Of a DNA stretch of 64,000 nucleotides, positions 40,874 to 54,139 are shown piece after piece; the first letter of the stretch is position 1, and every line of letters starts with the position of its first letter. This DNA comes from Vicugna vicugna (lineage: Eukaryota): assembly GCA_013265495.1 (NCBI GenBank), contig MU058650.1:151394-215393 (forward strand), in the 5' to 3' direction. Both the position numbers and the translations under genes were made by a program. Under the pieces are notes generated by a model, which saw only the letters and a list, made by a program, of their open reading frames with translations, had not been told where the DNA came from and made no database searches.

Positions 40874-41729
40874 TCCTTTCATATCTTCCCTGTATAAGCT
40901 CTGAATTCACTTAAGTAATTTTATCATAAACATTTTTTTCTGTGACTTTAAAAAACAAGATCAGTAATGAAGGTAAAAAGAGAAATTATCCTTTGCTTCC
41001 TTCTGAATCGAGGACAAAGAATTATTCTTGAAAATGCTACCATAGAATTGAATTCATTGTGCTGTGTGAATTGCACTTTTTAAGGTTGTAAAAGGTGTGA
41101 CATTTTTATTTAGCAACAATTCAAAAGTGACCACAAAATAAATGAGCTTCCTGGTTTTGCAGCATTATGTCATTCCAATATAAAAGTTCTCAGAATTACT
41201 TCTAACTGAAGAGTTAGAAAGTAAATAAATGGGGCTTCATCTCTGGGTATTGAAGTTTTTTATTCATGCAACTCTCTTTTCAAACTCTTTTTTACACCTG
41301 CCCCCCCTCCCCGATTCTTCCAGAGGCAATACAAAGCAACACAGAAAGCAATTAAGACCTGTGCTCCCCTGACTGAACTGAAAGTGCCAGGTGTGAGTAA
41401 AAGAATACATTTTTCCCATTTGCAGTCCTCTAGCCCTTGTAGTGGTTTCCGAAGGAATTCAGCAGAACTCCTGGGTATCAAAGAGCACAGGTTACAAGAC
41501 ATTGGGCCTCAGAAACTAAGATAGAAGAGAATCTATAAGGCCGTCTAGCTAGTTTCTTCAAAGATCTATCATACTTTCTATAGCTTTCTTGATATGTGGT
41601 CAGCTAAATAACTGAGCATTTCCAGAGCCATCATGTTTTTCACCTAAGTTAACCTATGTGTTAACTCTGCTAGTGTATTATGATTATACTGAGCAGAAGC
41701 TGTTAGATGTATCTCATGGTACACGCTAA

Positions 41730-42197
41730 TGTTACCAAGTCCAAACTCATTCTGCTCACCACACAACAGGCCAGTAAATTGGGAGACAAGGTGTCGGGGC
41801 AAGGAGTAGCAACTTTATTTGGAAAGCTGACAGACCAAAAAGATGATAGGCTAATGTCTTGGAAAATCATCTTACTCAAGTCAGAACTTACCAAAAAGGG
41901 GAGAGGGTGTGGTTGGTTGTTGCATACTTCTTTGTGCAGGAATTCTTGTAGCTGTCCACATGGATTAGAAAACAAATGCTATTTTCTGTTCTGCAACTTG
42001 TTATCTTTATAGGAGGGCAGAAGTGTTACTATCCTTAAAGGTCAGAGCCTTGAGAATAGGCTCTCCTGTATATTTCAGGCCAAAGGCAACATTCCTTTTA
42101 AAAAGGTGCAGAGCGAGCAAGACAGCCTAGAAAGTAAGACACAGGGTTAAAGCCAAAGAGATCTACAATGGAGTCACATTTGTTTTTTTCTTTTTCA
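41730..42197 (-). mobile_element. ERV1 solo LTR, family A copy 3 (small internal deletions)
   Basis: TGTTACCAAGTCCAAA start as at 6127; TSD CTAA (41726-41729, 42198-42201). Confidence 0.9.
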
Positions 42198-42779
42198 CTA
42201 AGTCTATTCCTTTTTCCATCATCTTTCTTGATATTATATTTCTCTTACATCATATTTATCAAAAACAAATGTCATTAATTATTTCAGTTGTTCCATAAAG
42301 ATACTTAGTTTTGTAAACTTCTATTTTAGCAATTCTTCCCCAGAACTGCTTCTGTTGTCAATGCTATTTTTGAAACTATGCTTCCTAGAATAGAATATAA
42401 GACTCCAGATATGAACTGGCTAGGGTAAAATATACTAAGACATTTTTCTTGGTTTTAATGCTATATATTTATAAATTATGTCTAAGATTGGATTATTCTT
42501 TTAGGGAAAAAAAGTAAAATGTGAATTGGGAATAAGAAATTCTTGAGGAATTACTAAAGATTACTTAAAATTATTGTTTTTAGTCTGTGTGAATTTTTTA
42601 TACTTCTGAGCCTTAAATTTTTACTGTAATTTTATTTTACTCATTTTGGCTCATTTAGGAGTTTTTATACTGAGACTTTCATTAGTGGTTTTTTTTTTTT
42701 TTTGCAGTTTGCCATCTTCACAAGTGATAATCTGCTCTCTATGTGACCACATAGTTTATTTGATTAAAATAATGAGGAT

Positions 42780-44275
42780 TTCTGCTCTTTATCAAGATGG
42801 AGTAAAAGGGAACAGGTTTATCCTCCACCATAAAACTACTAAAAAAACAAACAAAATCTACGAGACAATGGCACTCAAGACATTGGGCATCAAGCAACAT
42901 AAGATAGTAAACCCGTGAGATGGATGCAAAAAACAGGTGAGCCCTGCAATTGCCTAAGCTTACTTCTTGGTGGAAGTTTCCAGGCCACGAAACAGAGAGA
43001 GGAGCAGAGGCAGAGCCTGGGAGGTGTGTCCAGAAAAGCCACAGCAACTAGTTGTTACAATGTGAAGTCCCAGAAAGAAGGCAAAGAGAATTCTGAAGAT
43101 CTGAAAAGTTTCCCTTCAGTATTCTGCTGAGTACAACTGTATATTGATGCATACACATGAGAAAATCACTCAAGGTGGGGAAAGAAACATTCAAAAAGGA
43201 TTACAAAGAACAATACCTAGTGCCAACACAGAACCAGGACTAATACATGTTCTAAACAGCCAGAGTAGAGTATTTCATAATCCACAGTACATCAGATAGA
43301 GGACAAAGCACGATCACATTAGTACTGAGAAAACATTAACCTTGTTTAAACACAGGTCTGGCTGGTCTCCTCTAATAAAGTCAAAAGCAAGACCTATAAG
43401 GATCAAACTGTTTCCCTGTTTTTTTAAATCCTGTCTCAGGTTAAAGTTCAAGAATATGTATAGAAGTAATAAGACAAATCTAGCACCAAATATGGTCGAA
43501 TTCAGTGTCTGACATTTGATCAAAGATTAACAGATATTCAAAGAATCAGGAAAATACAACCTATACATAAAAAGTTGATCAATTCAAACTGACACAGACA
43601 TGACTTAGCTGATAAAATGAGTAGGCAATAACATTAAAAGTTTTTATGACTCTATTTTATATGTTTAAGAAGCTAAAGGAATGACTGAACACTTATAATA
43701 TTGACATGGAGATATAAACATGACCCAACATAACTCTCTATAGAAATGGAAATTAAAATTAGATTAAAAATACACGGGATAGTGTTAATATCAGATTAGA
43801 CACTGCAGAAAAATATGTAGCAATAGAAATTATCAAATGGAAACACAGAGATAAAATATTTGAGAAGTGATGGTCAGAAATAATTTTAAAAAATCAGTAT
43901 CTAAAAATAGTCCAAATTTGTTTAAAACAATAAACTTAGAGATCTGAGAAGCTAAATAAAACCCAAGAAACATGGGTAAAAATATATATCAAGGCACAAC
44001 TCAAATCAAAAACCAATCAATTTAGTACTATTTAAACAAAATTCTTTTTTCAAATGAAGGTGAAACAAAGACAGTTTCAGACATCCAGTAGTTGAAAGAA
44101 TTCAACCACAAATCTGAATTTCAAGGAATGTTAAAGGAAGTCTTTTAAGCAAAGAAATGATACTAGATGGAAATCATTTTTGTACAAAGAAACATAGACC
44201 ACCAAGAATGATAATTACTTGGGTAAATATAGACTGATTTTTAATTATTTTAATCTCCTTAAAAGAAAATTAACC
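42780..44275 (+). mobile_element. Ancient L1 5' UTR and ORF1 remnant
   Basis: L1M-like start CAAGATGGAGTAAAAGGGAACAGGTTTATCCTCC; ORF1-end motif AAATGAAGGTGAAACAAAGACAGTTTCAGAC. Confidence 0.75.
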
Positions 44276-44277
44276 TC

Positions 44278-47200
44278 TTTTTTTTTTAATTGAAGTCTCA
44301 GTTACAATGCATCAATTTCTGCTGCACAACATAATGCCCCAGTCAGGCATGTATATACATATATTCATTTTCATATTCTTTTTAATTAAAGGTTATTATA
44401 TGATATTGAATATACTTCTCTGTTCTATACAGAAGAAACATGTTTTTTTAAATCTATTTTTACATATAACGATTATCATGTTCAAACCTCAAACTCCCAA
44501 ATTTATCCCTTCTCACCTCCTTTCCCCCTGGTAACCATAAGGTTGTTTACTATGTCTGAGAGTCTGTTTCTGTTTTATAGATTAGTTCATTAGTGTCCCC
44601 CCTTTTTTTTCCCCTTAGATTCACATATGAGTGATATCATATGGTATTTTTCTCTTTCTGGCTTACTTCACCTAGAATCACGATTTCCAGATCCATCCAT
44701 GTTGCTGCAAATGACATTATTTCATTATTTTTTATTGCTGAGTAATATTCCATTGTATGAATATGCAACAACTTCTTTATCCAGTCATCTTTGCATTTCT
44801 CTGATAATTAGCAATGTTGAGCACTTTTTTCATGTGCCTGTTGATGGTTTGTATGTCTTCTTTGGAGAATTGCTTGATTACATCCTCTGTCCATTTTTGG
44901 ATTGAGTTGTTTGTCTGATTTTTGTTCTTAGGTTGCATGAGTTATTTATATATTCTGGAAATTAAGCCCTTGTGAATCATATCATTTGCAAATATTTTGT
45001 CCCATTTCGTAGCTTGTCATTTTGTTTTGCTTATGGTTTCCTTTGCTGTGCAAAAGCTATAAGTTTAATTGGGTCCCATTTGTTTATTTTTGCTTTTATT
45101 TCTTTTGCCTGAGTAGACTGCCTTAGGAGAATGTTGTTGAGATTTATGTCAGAGAATGTTTGCCTATGTTTTCTTCTGTGAGATTTATTGTGTCTTGCCT
45201 TATATTTGACCTTTTAAGCCGTTTTGAATTTATTTTTGTACATAGTGTGAGGGAGTATTCTAACTTCATTGATTTACATGCTGCTGTCCAGTTTTCCCAG
45301 CATCACTTGCTGAAGAGATTGTCATTTCTCCATTGTATATACTTGCCTCCTTTGTTGAAGATTAATTTACTGGAAGTCTCTGGGTTTATTTCTGGGCTCC
45401 CTATTTTGTTCCATTCATCCATATGTCTGTTTTTATGCCAGTATCAAGCTGTTTTGATTATTGTAGCTTTGCAGAGTTGTCTGAAGTCTGGGAAAGTTAT
45501 TTCTCCAGCTTCATTCTTTTTATTCAGTATTCCTTTGACAATTCTGGGTCTTTTGTGATTCCATTTAAATTTTAGGATTATTAGTTTTAGTTCTGTGAAA
45601 AATGTCCTGGATAATTTGATAGAGGTTGCATTAAATCTGTAGATTGCTTTGGGCAGTATGGCCATTTTAACAATTTTGATTCTTCCAACCCAAGAACATG
45701 AAATGTTTTTCCATTTCTTTAAGCCATCTTTAATTTCCTTAGTTAATGTTTTGTAGTTCTCTGTGTATAAGTCTTTCACTTCCTTGGTCAAATTTATTCC
45801 CAAGTATTTTCTTTTTCTTTTTCTTTTTTTTTTTTTTTGATGCAATTTTTAAAGGGTTTGTTTCTTTACCTTCCTTTTTTGATATTTCATTGTTTGTGTA
45901 AAGAAATGCCACTGATTTCTGTATGTTAATCTTGTATCCTGCTACCTTGCCAAATTCTTTTATCAGCTCTAGTAATTTTTGTGTGGAGCCTTTAGGGTTT
46001 TCTATATGTAGTATCACGTCATCCATATATAATGACAATTTTACCTCTTCTCTTCCAGTTTGGATCATTTTTATTTCCTTTTCTTGTCTAATTGCTATGG
46101 CTAGGGCTTCCAATACTGTATAGAGTAGAAGTGATGAGAGTGAGCATCCTTGTCTTGTTCCAAATTTTAGTGGGAAGGTTTTCAGCTTTTCACTGTTGAG
46201 TATTCTGCTGACTGTAAGTTTGTCATAAATAGCATTTATTATGTTGAGATAAGTCCTCTCTATACCCACTTTGGTAACAGTTCTCATCATAATAGGGTCA
46301 AATTTTATCAAATGCTTTTTCTGCATCTACTGAGATGATCATGTGATTTTTGTCCTTTCTCTTGTTGATGTGGTATATCATGTTGATCAATTTGCATATG
46401 TTGAAACATCCTTGTTTCTGTGGGATGAATCCAACTTGATCTTAATGTATAATCTTCTTTTTTGTGTGCTGTTGGATTCTTTTTGCTAATATTTTGTTGA
46501 GGATTTTTGCACCTATGTTCATCAGTAATATTAGCCTATAGTTTTCTTTTTTTGGGTAGTGTCATCATCTGTCTTTGGTATCAGGGTGATGGTGGTTTCA
46601 TAGAATGAGTTTGGGAGTATCCCCCCCTTTCAATCTTTTGGTAGAGTTTGAGAAGGATTGGTATGAACTCTTCTTTGTATGTTTGATAGAATTCCCCAGT
46701 GAAGCCATCTGGTCCTGAACTTCTGTTTGCAAGTTGTTTTTTCTTTTGTTTTCTTTTGTTTTTTACTGATTCAATTTCACTTCTACTGATTGGTCTGTTC
46801 AAATAATCTATTTTTTCTTGAGTCAGTTTTGGTGGACTGTATGTTTCTAGAAACTTGTCAATTTCTTCTGAGTTGTTCAATTTATTGCCTTTTAGTTGTT
46901 CATATTATTTTCTCATGATTGTTTTATTTTGTGGTGTTGGTTATAATTTCTCCATTTTCATTTCTTATTTTATTCATTTATGTGCTCTCTCTTCTCTTCC
47001 TGGTGAGCCTGGCCAGAGGTTTGTCAGTTTTGTTTACTCTTTCAAAGAACCAGCTCTTGATTTGATTGATTTTTCTATTGTTTTTTTAATCTCTGTTTTA
47101 TGTATTTCTTCCCTGATCTTTATTCTTTCTTTCTTTTTGCTGACTTTTGGTTTTATTTGTTTTTCTTTTTCTAATTCTTTTAGGTGGTAGGTTAGGTTGT

Positions 47201-48390
47201 TTTTGACATTGACATTTGACAAAAAAAAATTGACATTGTTTTTGCTTTTTGAGGAAGGCCTGTATTGCTCTGAACTTCCCTCTTAAGACTGCTTTTGCTG
47301 CATCACATAGATTTTGTGTGGTGGTGTTTTCATTGTCATTTGTCTCAAAGTATTTTTTAATTTCTTCTTTGATTTCATCATTGACCCACTTGTTTTTTAG
47401 TAGCATGTTGTTTAGTCTCCATGCTGTCGCTTTTTTCTCATTTTTTTTTTCTGTGATTGATTTCTAGTTTCATGTCTTTGTGATCAGAGTAGATGCTTGA
47501 AATAATTTCTGTTCTCTTAAATTTGTTGAGACTTTTTCTGTGCCTGAGTATGTGGTCTGTCCTAGAGAATGTTCCATGAGCACTTGGCAAGAATGTATAT
47601 TCTGCTTTTTGGGGGAAAATACCAACCAGTTTCAACTGTTCTATTGTGTCATTTAGTATCTCTTTTGTCGCACTTATTTTCTGTCTGGAAGACATGTCCA
47701 ATGATGTTAGTGGGGTTTTATAGTCTGCTACATTATTGTATTCCCATCAGTTTCTTTCTTTATGTTTGTTAGTACTTGTTTTATATATTTAGGTGCTCCT
47801 ATATTGGGTGCACATATGGTAATGAGTGTACTATCCTTATCTTGTGTTGCTCCTTTGATCATTATATAGTGTCCCTCTTTATCTTTCTTTATGGCCTTTG
47901 TTTTAAAGTTTATTTTGTCTGATATGAGTATTGCTACTCCTGCTTTATTTTCATTCCATTTGCATGAGATAGCTTTTTCCATCCTCTCACTTTCAATCTA
48001 TGTGTGTCCTTCACTCTAAAGTGGATATCTTGTAGGCAGCATATTGTAGGCTTTTGTTTTATTATCCAATCTGCCACTCTGTGTCTTTCGATTGGAGCAT
48101 TTAGTCCATTGACACTTACAGTAATTATTGATAGATATGTGTTTGTTGCCATTTTGAACTTTGTTTTCCAGTAGATTTTGTATTTCTTTTTTATTCCTTT
48201 CTTTTCCTTTTTGTTTTTCTTTTTGTGGCTTGATAATTTTCTTTTGTATTGGCTTGGTTTCTTCTTGGTTTTTGTGATTCTATTGTATGCTTTTGAAGTG
48301 TGGTTGCCCTGTTTTTCAAATATGTTAATCCCTTTCTATAGACTGGTAGACCCTTGCTGTAGACTGGTAGTCATGTAGGTTCAAATACAC
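44278..48390 (-). mobile_element. Younger 5'-truncated L1, ORF2 nearly complete but frameshifted, internal deletion near 44790
   Basis: Minus ORFs MATNTYLSIITVSVNGLNAPIERHRVADWI (EN start), [23 protein letters not shown] (RT), [15 protein letters not shown]-run tail at 44278-44287. Confidence 0.95.
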
Positions 48391-50249
48391 TGAAGGAGGT
48401 TCAGTTTGAATGAACTACATTTAGTGAATTCATATTTAATCTTATTATCTTACATGGTTATTTTAGAACTTATTAGGCATCAATGAACATCAAATTCACT
48501 GGTGAAGAATAACCCATCTCTAGTCTCTGACTACTGTGTCATTTTTGGTGATTTCTCTAAGATGACTAAAATTGTTCTGCAATAGCAGTTCCAAAAATTT
48601 ACAGTACCCTGGTGAAGGGTGACATGAAGAAATGAAGAGACTCTAGGGATCAGGCTTAGCAAGTTTCTTTATTATCCATAGTTTTGGTTTCCTAATTTGT
48701 AGGATTTTGGACCAGATAATCTCTAGATTCCTTTCTAATTTCAGATCTTATATTTTTGGTTAAAAAAGAGTGCTTTTCAATTGTGGTGCTTACATTTACT
48801 TATTTTTCCTCCCAGACAACATTAAATGCTGGTTTAAAGTCCCTGAAGACAAGAAGGCCATGTGGGCATAGTGAGTGAAATCAGCCACAGAGATGTAGTA
48901 CTTTCAACTAACCACTTTTCCTGGGCTCTCTGTGTTGACCCAGTGATCATACTTGAAATTACAGGTAACTGTTAGTTGGTTTATCACCTGTTTATCATCT
49001 CCTCTTTCTTATTTCTTAAATTTTCTTTGCCTAATTTTTGCTTTGATAGAGAACATCTCAGTCCATTTACATTGCTAGTACCAAAGTAACTCCTTTTAGC
49101 ACACCAATCCTTATGCACATACATTAAGCCTGTCAGTATTTATTTGCAGAGTACAATGTTCAAATGCATGTGTATAAACTCATCTGTTATACATTTCCCC
49201 TTTTGATTGCCCTGTGCATAAAACCCAGCCTCCTCTCTTCTTTATCACAAGTTCTTTAAGGACAGAGCAATCTGGAAATTCATTTTTCTTAATAGACCAG
49301 CTTTAACACAATGTTCACTTGAAAAGCATTTCTTCCTCCTTAGCTGATGATAAAAACATGAAAGTGGAAGCTAGACTTAACCCTCACCTTAGCCACTGCT
49401 TTTAACTTGCCAACACATGCAACCTCTGCAAGAACAGTTAACAAATGACAGGACTGAATTAGGTGTTCTCTCCTTTATGGAAATTTTAATGAGGTGAATA
49501 ATAAACCAAAGGTAGAGAGAATCAGTCAAAAAGAGACTGTAAGTGGATGAATAGTTTGGAAAACATGTAATTCAGCAGAATAATGCCTGGACTAAATCAT
49601 GAGTGTTCGTTGTATCTATAGGCAATGAATATTTTTAGTGGGGTCATTCTGACTCTTTTTAAAAGAAGGAACTCAGAGAAATAGTACCTCAAAATTTCAT
49701 AAAACTGGTCTTTATTTAGGTCCTTATCTCTGTCAATACTTAATTTCCTTGAATCTTTGAATCTAATATTTTCCAAATGTTAGAATCCAGTGGCTATTAG
49801 GGTAAGCAGAAACTTAAAATTTTCAAGGATATCATTTTTGCTGCATTTAGATCCATTCATAATTTATCTGGATTGTTAACACAAACAAGAACCATATCAG
49901 TTTAGCAAATATAATCCTGATGTTGTGTGACAATAATTAAATTGTGGGTGACTAAAGGTAGAGGGAATATCAAAATAACAGCCTATTAGGGATTTTTTAT
50001 TAACAGATTTTGTTTGTATTCTGCTCTTTTTAAATTGCTCCTTTTTTTGTTTTAGCTGGAAGAGTCAACTGAATTTATTCCTAGGGATCATGAAATTTTT
50101 ATAGCATATAAAATTTTAACATATACACACATTAAAATTTCCATGATAACTATATAAATATTTATTAAATATATGTATATATATTTAAAATCATCTTGTT
50201 AACAAAGGAGGGAATTCAAATGTAATTTCAGTTTAACCTGATTTAGCAT

Positions 50250-50450
50250 GTAGGCAATATGGTATGATAGAAAGATCACAGTCTTTTGCAATAAAACAGG
50301 CCTTAGTTTAAACCTAGTTCTGCTACTTATAAATTGTGTAACATTGAGCAAGTAACTAACAATCTTTCTAGAGTTGGTGTTCTCATTTACAAAGTGGGGT
50401 TAATCTCCCTTTACTTCTTTATATATTTTCAGAGATTAAATAACTAATAT
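50250..50450 (+). mobile_element. MIR SINE remnant
   Basis: AAACCTAGTTCTGCTACTTATAAATTGTGTAACATTGAGCAAGTAACT..CTCATTTACAAAGTGGGGTTAAT. Confidence 0.7.
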
Positions 50451-51404
50451 GGTAAAAATCTTGAATTTTTTTGAAAACCCATAAACTAGAGAGTAGAGAC
50501 AGTAGGAAAAAAAATTGTTTTTAATTTCTGTAGAGGATAGTCCAAAGCCTTACTGGAAAGACAATGTGGGTAAATGATTTTCTAGTGGGAAAAAAAGTAA
50601 CATTTCACAGAAACTAGATAGAACAATGAGGGAACACATTGATCATCTACATGTTTACTAGAAACACTATTCTGTCAAAAGTGGAGTTTCTAATCTTGTT
50701 TTATTTAGCTCTCAGAAGTGAGGTTTGTGAAATATAAGAGCAAGCTTTTCTGGTTTTCTTTCTGGTAAACAAGAAAGAACGAGTTAGTCAAGTGGAAGTG
50801 AAGGCAATACTGGGGGAAAAGTGGTCATCTAGTCTTTAATTTTAATAGCCAAAAAAAAGAAACCTGGGTCAGTCTGCTAAAAAAAAAAATTGCTGTACAA
50901 GAATCCTTTCAAGAGAAATTTTCAAAGAAGGGATTCCCTGATCCCATTCCTAGAAAGCCAGTGGGCTTGGATGGCCCAAGAGTCTGATAGTGAAAATTCT
51001 TCCAGGCCAATCTTGTGTTAGCTAGGATTTGAAAAAAATGTCCAAGACAACAGACTAACAAGTATTATGTTATATAAAAGCATACACCTTGAAAGAGAAA
51101 ATAGATATAGAGAAATGGGGGATTCTTAAATTGGGTTCTGATAAGGAAGAAGATTTGTAAAGAAAATGTAAGTGGCACTCACACTTTCAAACGGCTTGTA
51201 CATAATGTAGAAGAAAGCATATTTAACCTAGGGCACAGGGACAAAACTTTGAGGATAGCTAAAGATTGCATCAAGCAAATATACAGTGCTTGGGATAGAT
51301 ACAATAATGTTAAAGATCCAATTAAGTTAAAAAAAAAACAACCCTCTCAGCACCTGTTTTTCTCTCAGTTTCTATAATAGAGAATGATCTTTTTAATTGG
51401 ACAG

Positions 51405-51773
51405 AGCAGGTTATTAGTAAATGTTACTGCATAACAGAAACTTAAAAATCTCAGTGGCATACACCAGTAAGCATATATTTCTTTTTCACATGTTAGCAGC
51501 TCATTTTCCTCTTGGAATCAGCAAAGTAGCCAGGACATGTTCTGGTGACAATAGCAGGTGCACAAAAAACCATGTCCAATTGTGCAAGCCAATGTCAATG
51601 CTTTGTTTGTATCACCTCTACTTACATTCAATTGGCCAAAGCTAGTCAGATGTCTGAGCCCAATGTCAAAGAATATTTGGAGGGGGAGAAGGGGAGAATT
51701 ACAAAATTAAATAACAAAAGGAATAGATATAGGGAAGGGTGAAGAATTAGGGGCAATAATTTAATCTACCACA
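51405..51773 (-). mobile_element. Old MaLR LTR (MLT1-type)
   Basis: CTGCATAACA..AAAATCTCAGTGGC..ATTGGCCAAAGCTAGTCA..AATCTACCACA. Confidence 0.65.
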
Positions 51774-51797
51774 AATACTGATGAAATCCTATGATAC

Positions 51798-52328
51798 TCT
51801 TGGGGCCCAAGGCAGCCTGGCCTAGATATGCCTTCATGGCCTATTGATTATTTTGAATAAAATTTACCTAAAAATGATCAGTGCAAGAGAAACATTTTGA
51901 CTCTCCTTTCTGTCACCCCAAAGGCAGGAAATAAATCTCCCATGTGAAAGATTTACTCCCTGCCTTGGGAGGTAGAAAGATACCCTTATTGCCAGACACA
52001 GGCCAAGAAACCTATGTAAACAAATCTTGTAACTTCTTTACTACCCCAAGCCCAAACTCTGCTTAGCTTCTCCACTAAGTGAGCATCTAAACCCTAATTT
52101 TCTTTGTCCTGTCATTTTCTCACAAATGTGTTGTTTCTTCTTCTTTCTCTAAAAAGTATAAAAGCTACTTGCTTTGGCTACTTCTTAAGTCCCATTTCTA
52201 TGAGACCTCTGTGTGCGTGATTAAAACGATACTTTTTCTCCAGTTAATCTATTTTGTGTCAATTTTATTAATAGTCCAGCCATAAAATCTCAAGAGGGAT
52301 ACAAGGAGAAACTTCCCTCTTCCTAAGA
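51798..52328 (+). mobile_element. ERV1 solo LTR, family B copy 2 (MER34/MER39-like)
   Basis: Homologous to 23496-24021; TSD ATAC (51794-51797, 52329-52332); terminal dinucleotides mutated. Confidence 0.8.
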
Positions 52329-52634
52329 ATACCTATTTTATTTTGTTATACCATATAATTTAACACTAAAGATTCTGCTTTGCACATGAGGAAGCTGATA
52401 AAAAAATGTGAAAACTATATCCTGAATATAAGCTTAATGCTCTGTCCAATGCAAAAATATTGCCTAAAGTACTCCAAAGGCATATTTACCATTGCTAAAT
52501 ATTGAAGTTTTTTTAATACTTTGAAATATATGTCTTCATTCAATATTAGCTAAACTCCTGCTATGAGAAGGTACAAGACACAACCCTGGAAATTTAATAG
52601 TAAACAAAATTGGGTTTTTGATATGAAGGACTAT

Positions 52635-52784
52635 GGGGGGAAGGGTATAGCTCAGTAGTAGAGTGCATGCCTAGCATGCACAGGGTCCTGGGTTCAACCC
52701 CCAGTACCTCCATCAAACAAATAAATAACTAAATAAACTTAATTACCTCCCCCTATAAATACATAAATAAATAAATAATTTTAA
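52635..52784 (+). mobile_element. tRNA-derived camelid SINE (Vic-1-like)
   Basis: GGGGAAGGGTATAGCTCAGTAGTAGAGTGC..GGTCCTGGGTTCAACCCCCAGTACC, AATA-rich tail, flanking repeat AAGGACT (52626-52632, 52785-52791). Confidence 0.92.
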
Positions 52785-52959
52785 AAGGACTTACAGGAAC
52801 TAGTGATATTCATTTAAAAATGAAAGTCATATAAACATTTCCAAATGTTTTATTGAAATTTGTTTTACTTTTTTTTTTTTCATGAAAAAGAAGAACTAAT
52901 AAAGATAGTAAATAAACACTTAAAAGACAGATATCTGAAAGTCAGCTGTAATGAGGGAT

Positions 52960-53180
52960 TCAATGGTGTTATGGGGAGAAAACACTGGGTTAAAATCAGA
53001 GACTGTGCATTCCAGATCTGAATCTGTCCCTTACTAGCTGTGCTGATATTTAAAAAAAAAATTAATTCCTTTTAGCTTCAGTACTCATTTTAGTAAAATT
53101 GGGGTAATAGTATCTATTCTCCCTACCTCATATAATTGTTACATCTCAAACCCATTAAAACCATAAAGTGCTTTAAAATT
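52960..53180 (+). mobile_element. MIR SINE remnant
   Basis: AACACTGGGTTAAAATCAGAGAC..CTTACTAGCTGTG..GCTTCAGTACTCATTTTAGTAAAATTGGGGTAATAGTATCT. Confidence 0.65.
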
Positions 53181-53649
53181 CGGGCACTTTAAAAAGTAAT
53201 TAAACAAGACTCAGAAAACAGATAAAATAATAGCTGAACATGCTGGCATAAATTTAATCTGACACTATTTTCTGCAACTCTGGGTTCCTTTTTCAAGCTC
53301 CAAGGCAGAAAGTTAAAGGAAGAACTATTTTAAAGGGCCTTTTAACTGCTATGACTCTACTGCTATAAACAATCATCAAAAACATCTTATTTTCTCTGGA
53401 CCACTAGCGCTTGAATTTGTCACCATGTTGCAAAAGGCTGATTGAATATCAAACACCAACATATGCTCCTGTTTGAACATCACATATGGAGAAAAACAGC
53501 TGCCTTCACTGCTAGTTTTGATGATCATTTACTCTGGTGAAAGTAAATACTGTCCGCTCCTTTGAAAGCTGACTGAAGTTACTTTAAAACAGGATTCATT
53601 TTTGCCTATGGGTGAATTTTAATTTAGAATTAGCATTCCATTCAGGGTC

Positions 53650-53765
53650 AAGAACAAATATATGTATGTATGTGTATGGCTGAAACATTATACTGTACAC
53701 CAGAAATTGACACATTGTAGACTGGCCATACAAAAAAAACAAAACAAAACAAAAAAAAAAAAAAC
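53650..53765 (+). mobile_element. Short L1 3' terminal fragment with A-rich tail
   Basis: CTGAAACATTATACTGTACACCAGAAATTGACACATTGTAGACTG, same end type as 57221. Confidence 0.8.
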
Positions 53766-54139
53766 AACTCACCTTAATAGAATTTTGTGTGCTTAAGACA
53801 GAGCTTCTCTGAGATTATTTTGCAGTGAAACAGAATGTCCCACAGCCTTCTCCACCATTACTTTTGATACCATTATTGACAGCTTTAATTCCATGCGCAT
53901 TTAAAATTTTTTACTAGCCCCCTAGTTTTTCACTTTTCTTGTCTTCTGTCAGCTCCATGTAAGGCACCCCTCCCTGGTTCATATTCTTGATATTGTCATC
54001 CATAAACAAAATACCACCTCTGAAATACTGACTTCTCTGAATACCACTGCCTGTCCCTCAGCTTATCTAGTTTGGTGGTGCCATTTCAGCAGCTGTTCAC
54101 TCTCAGGGTCTTTTTTCTTTCTGTATTTGTTTTACCATA

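Noticed and set aside
45444..48152. Series of RT and endonuclease-like ORFs
   Set aside because: Frameshifted fragments of one dead L1 ORF2, not host genes or an active element
52635..52712. tRNA-like sequence
   Set aside because: It is a SINE head with AT-rich tail and TSD, and a second copy lies at 11700-11773
53164..53191. Hairpin TAAAGTGC...GCACTTTA
   Set aside because: 8-bp stem at a MIR edge; too short for a pre-miRNA and expected by chance
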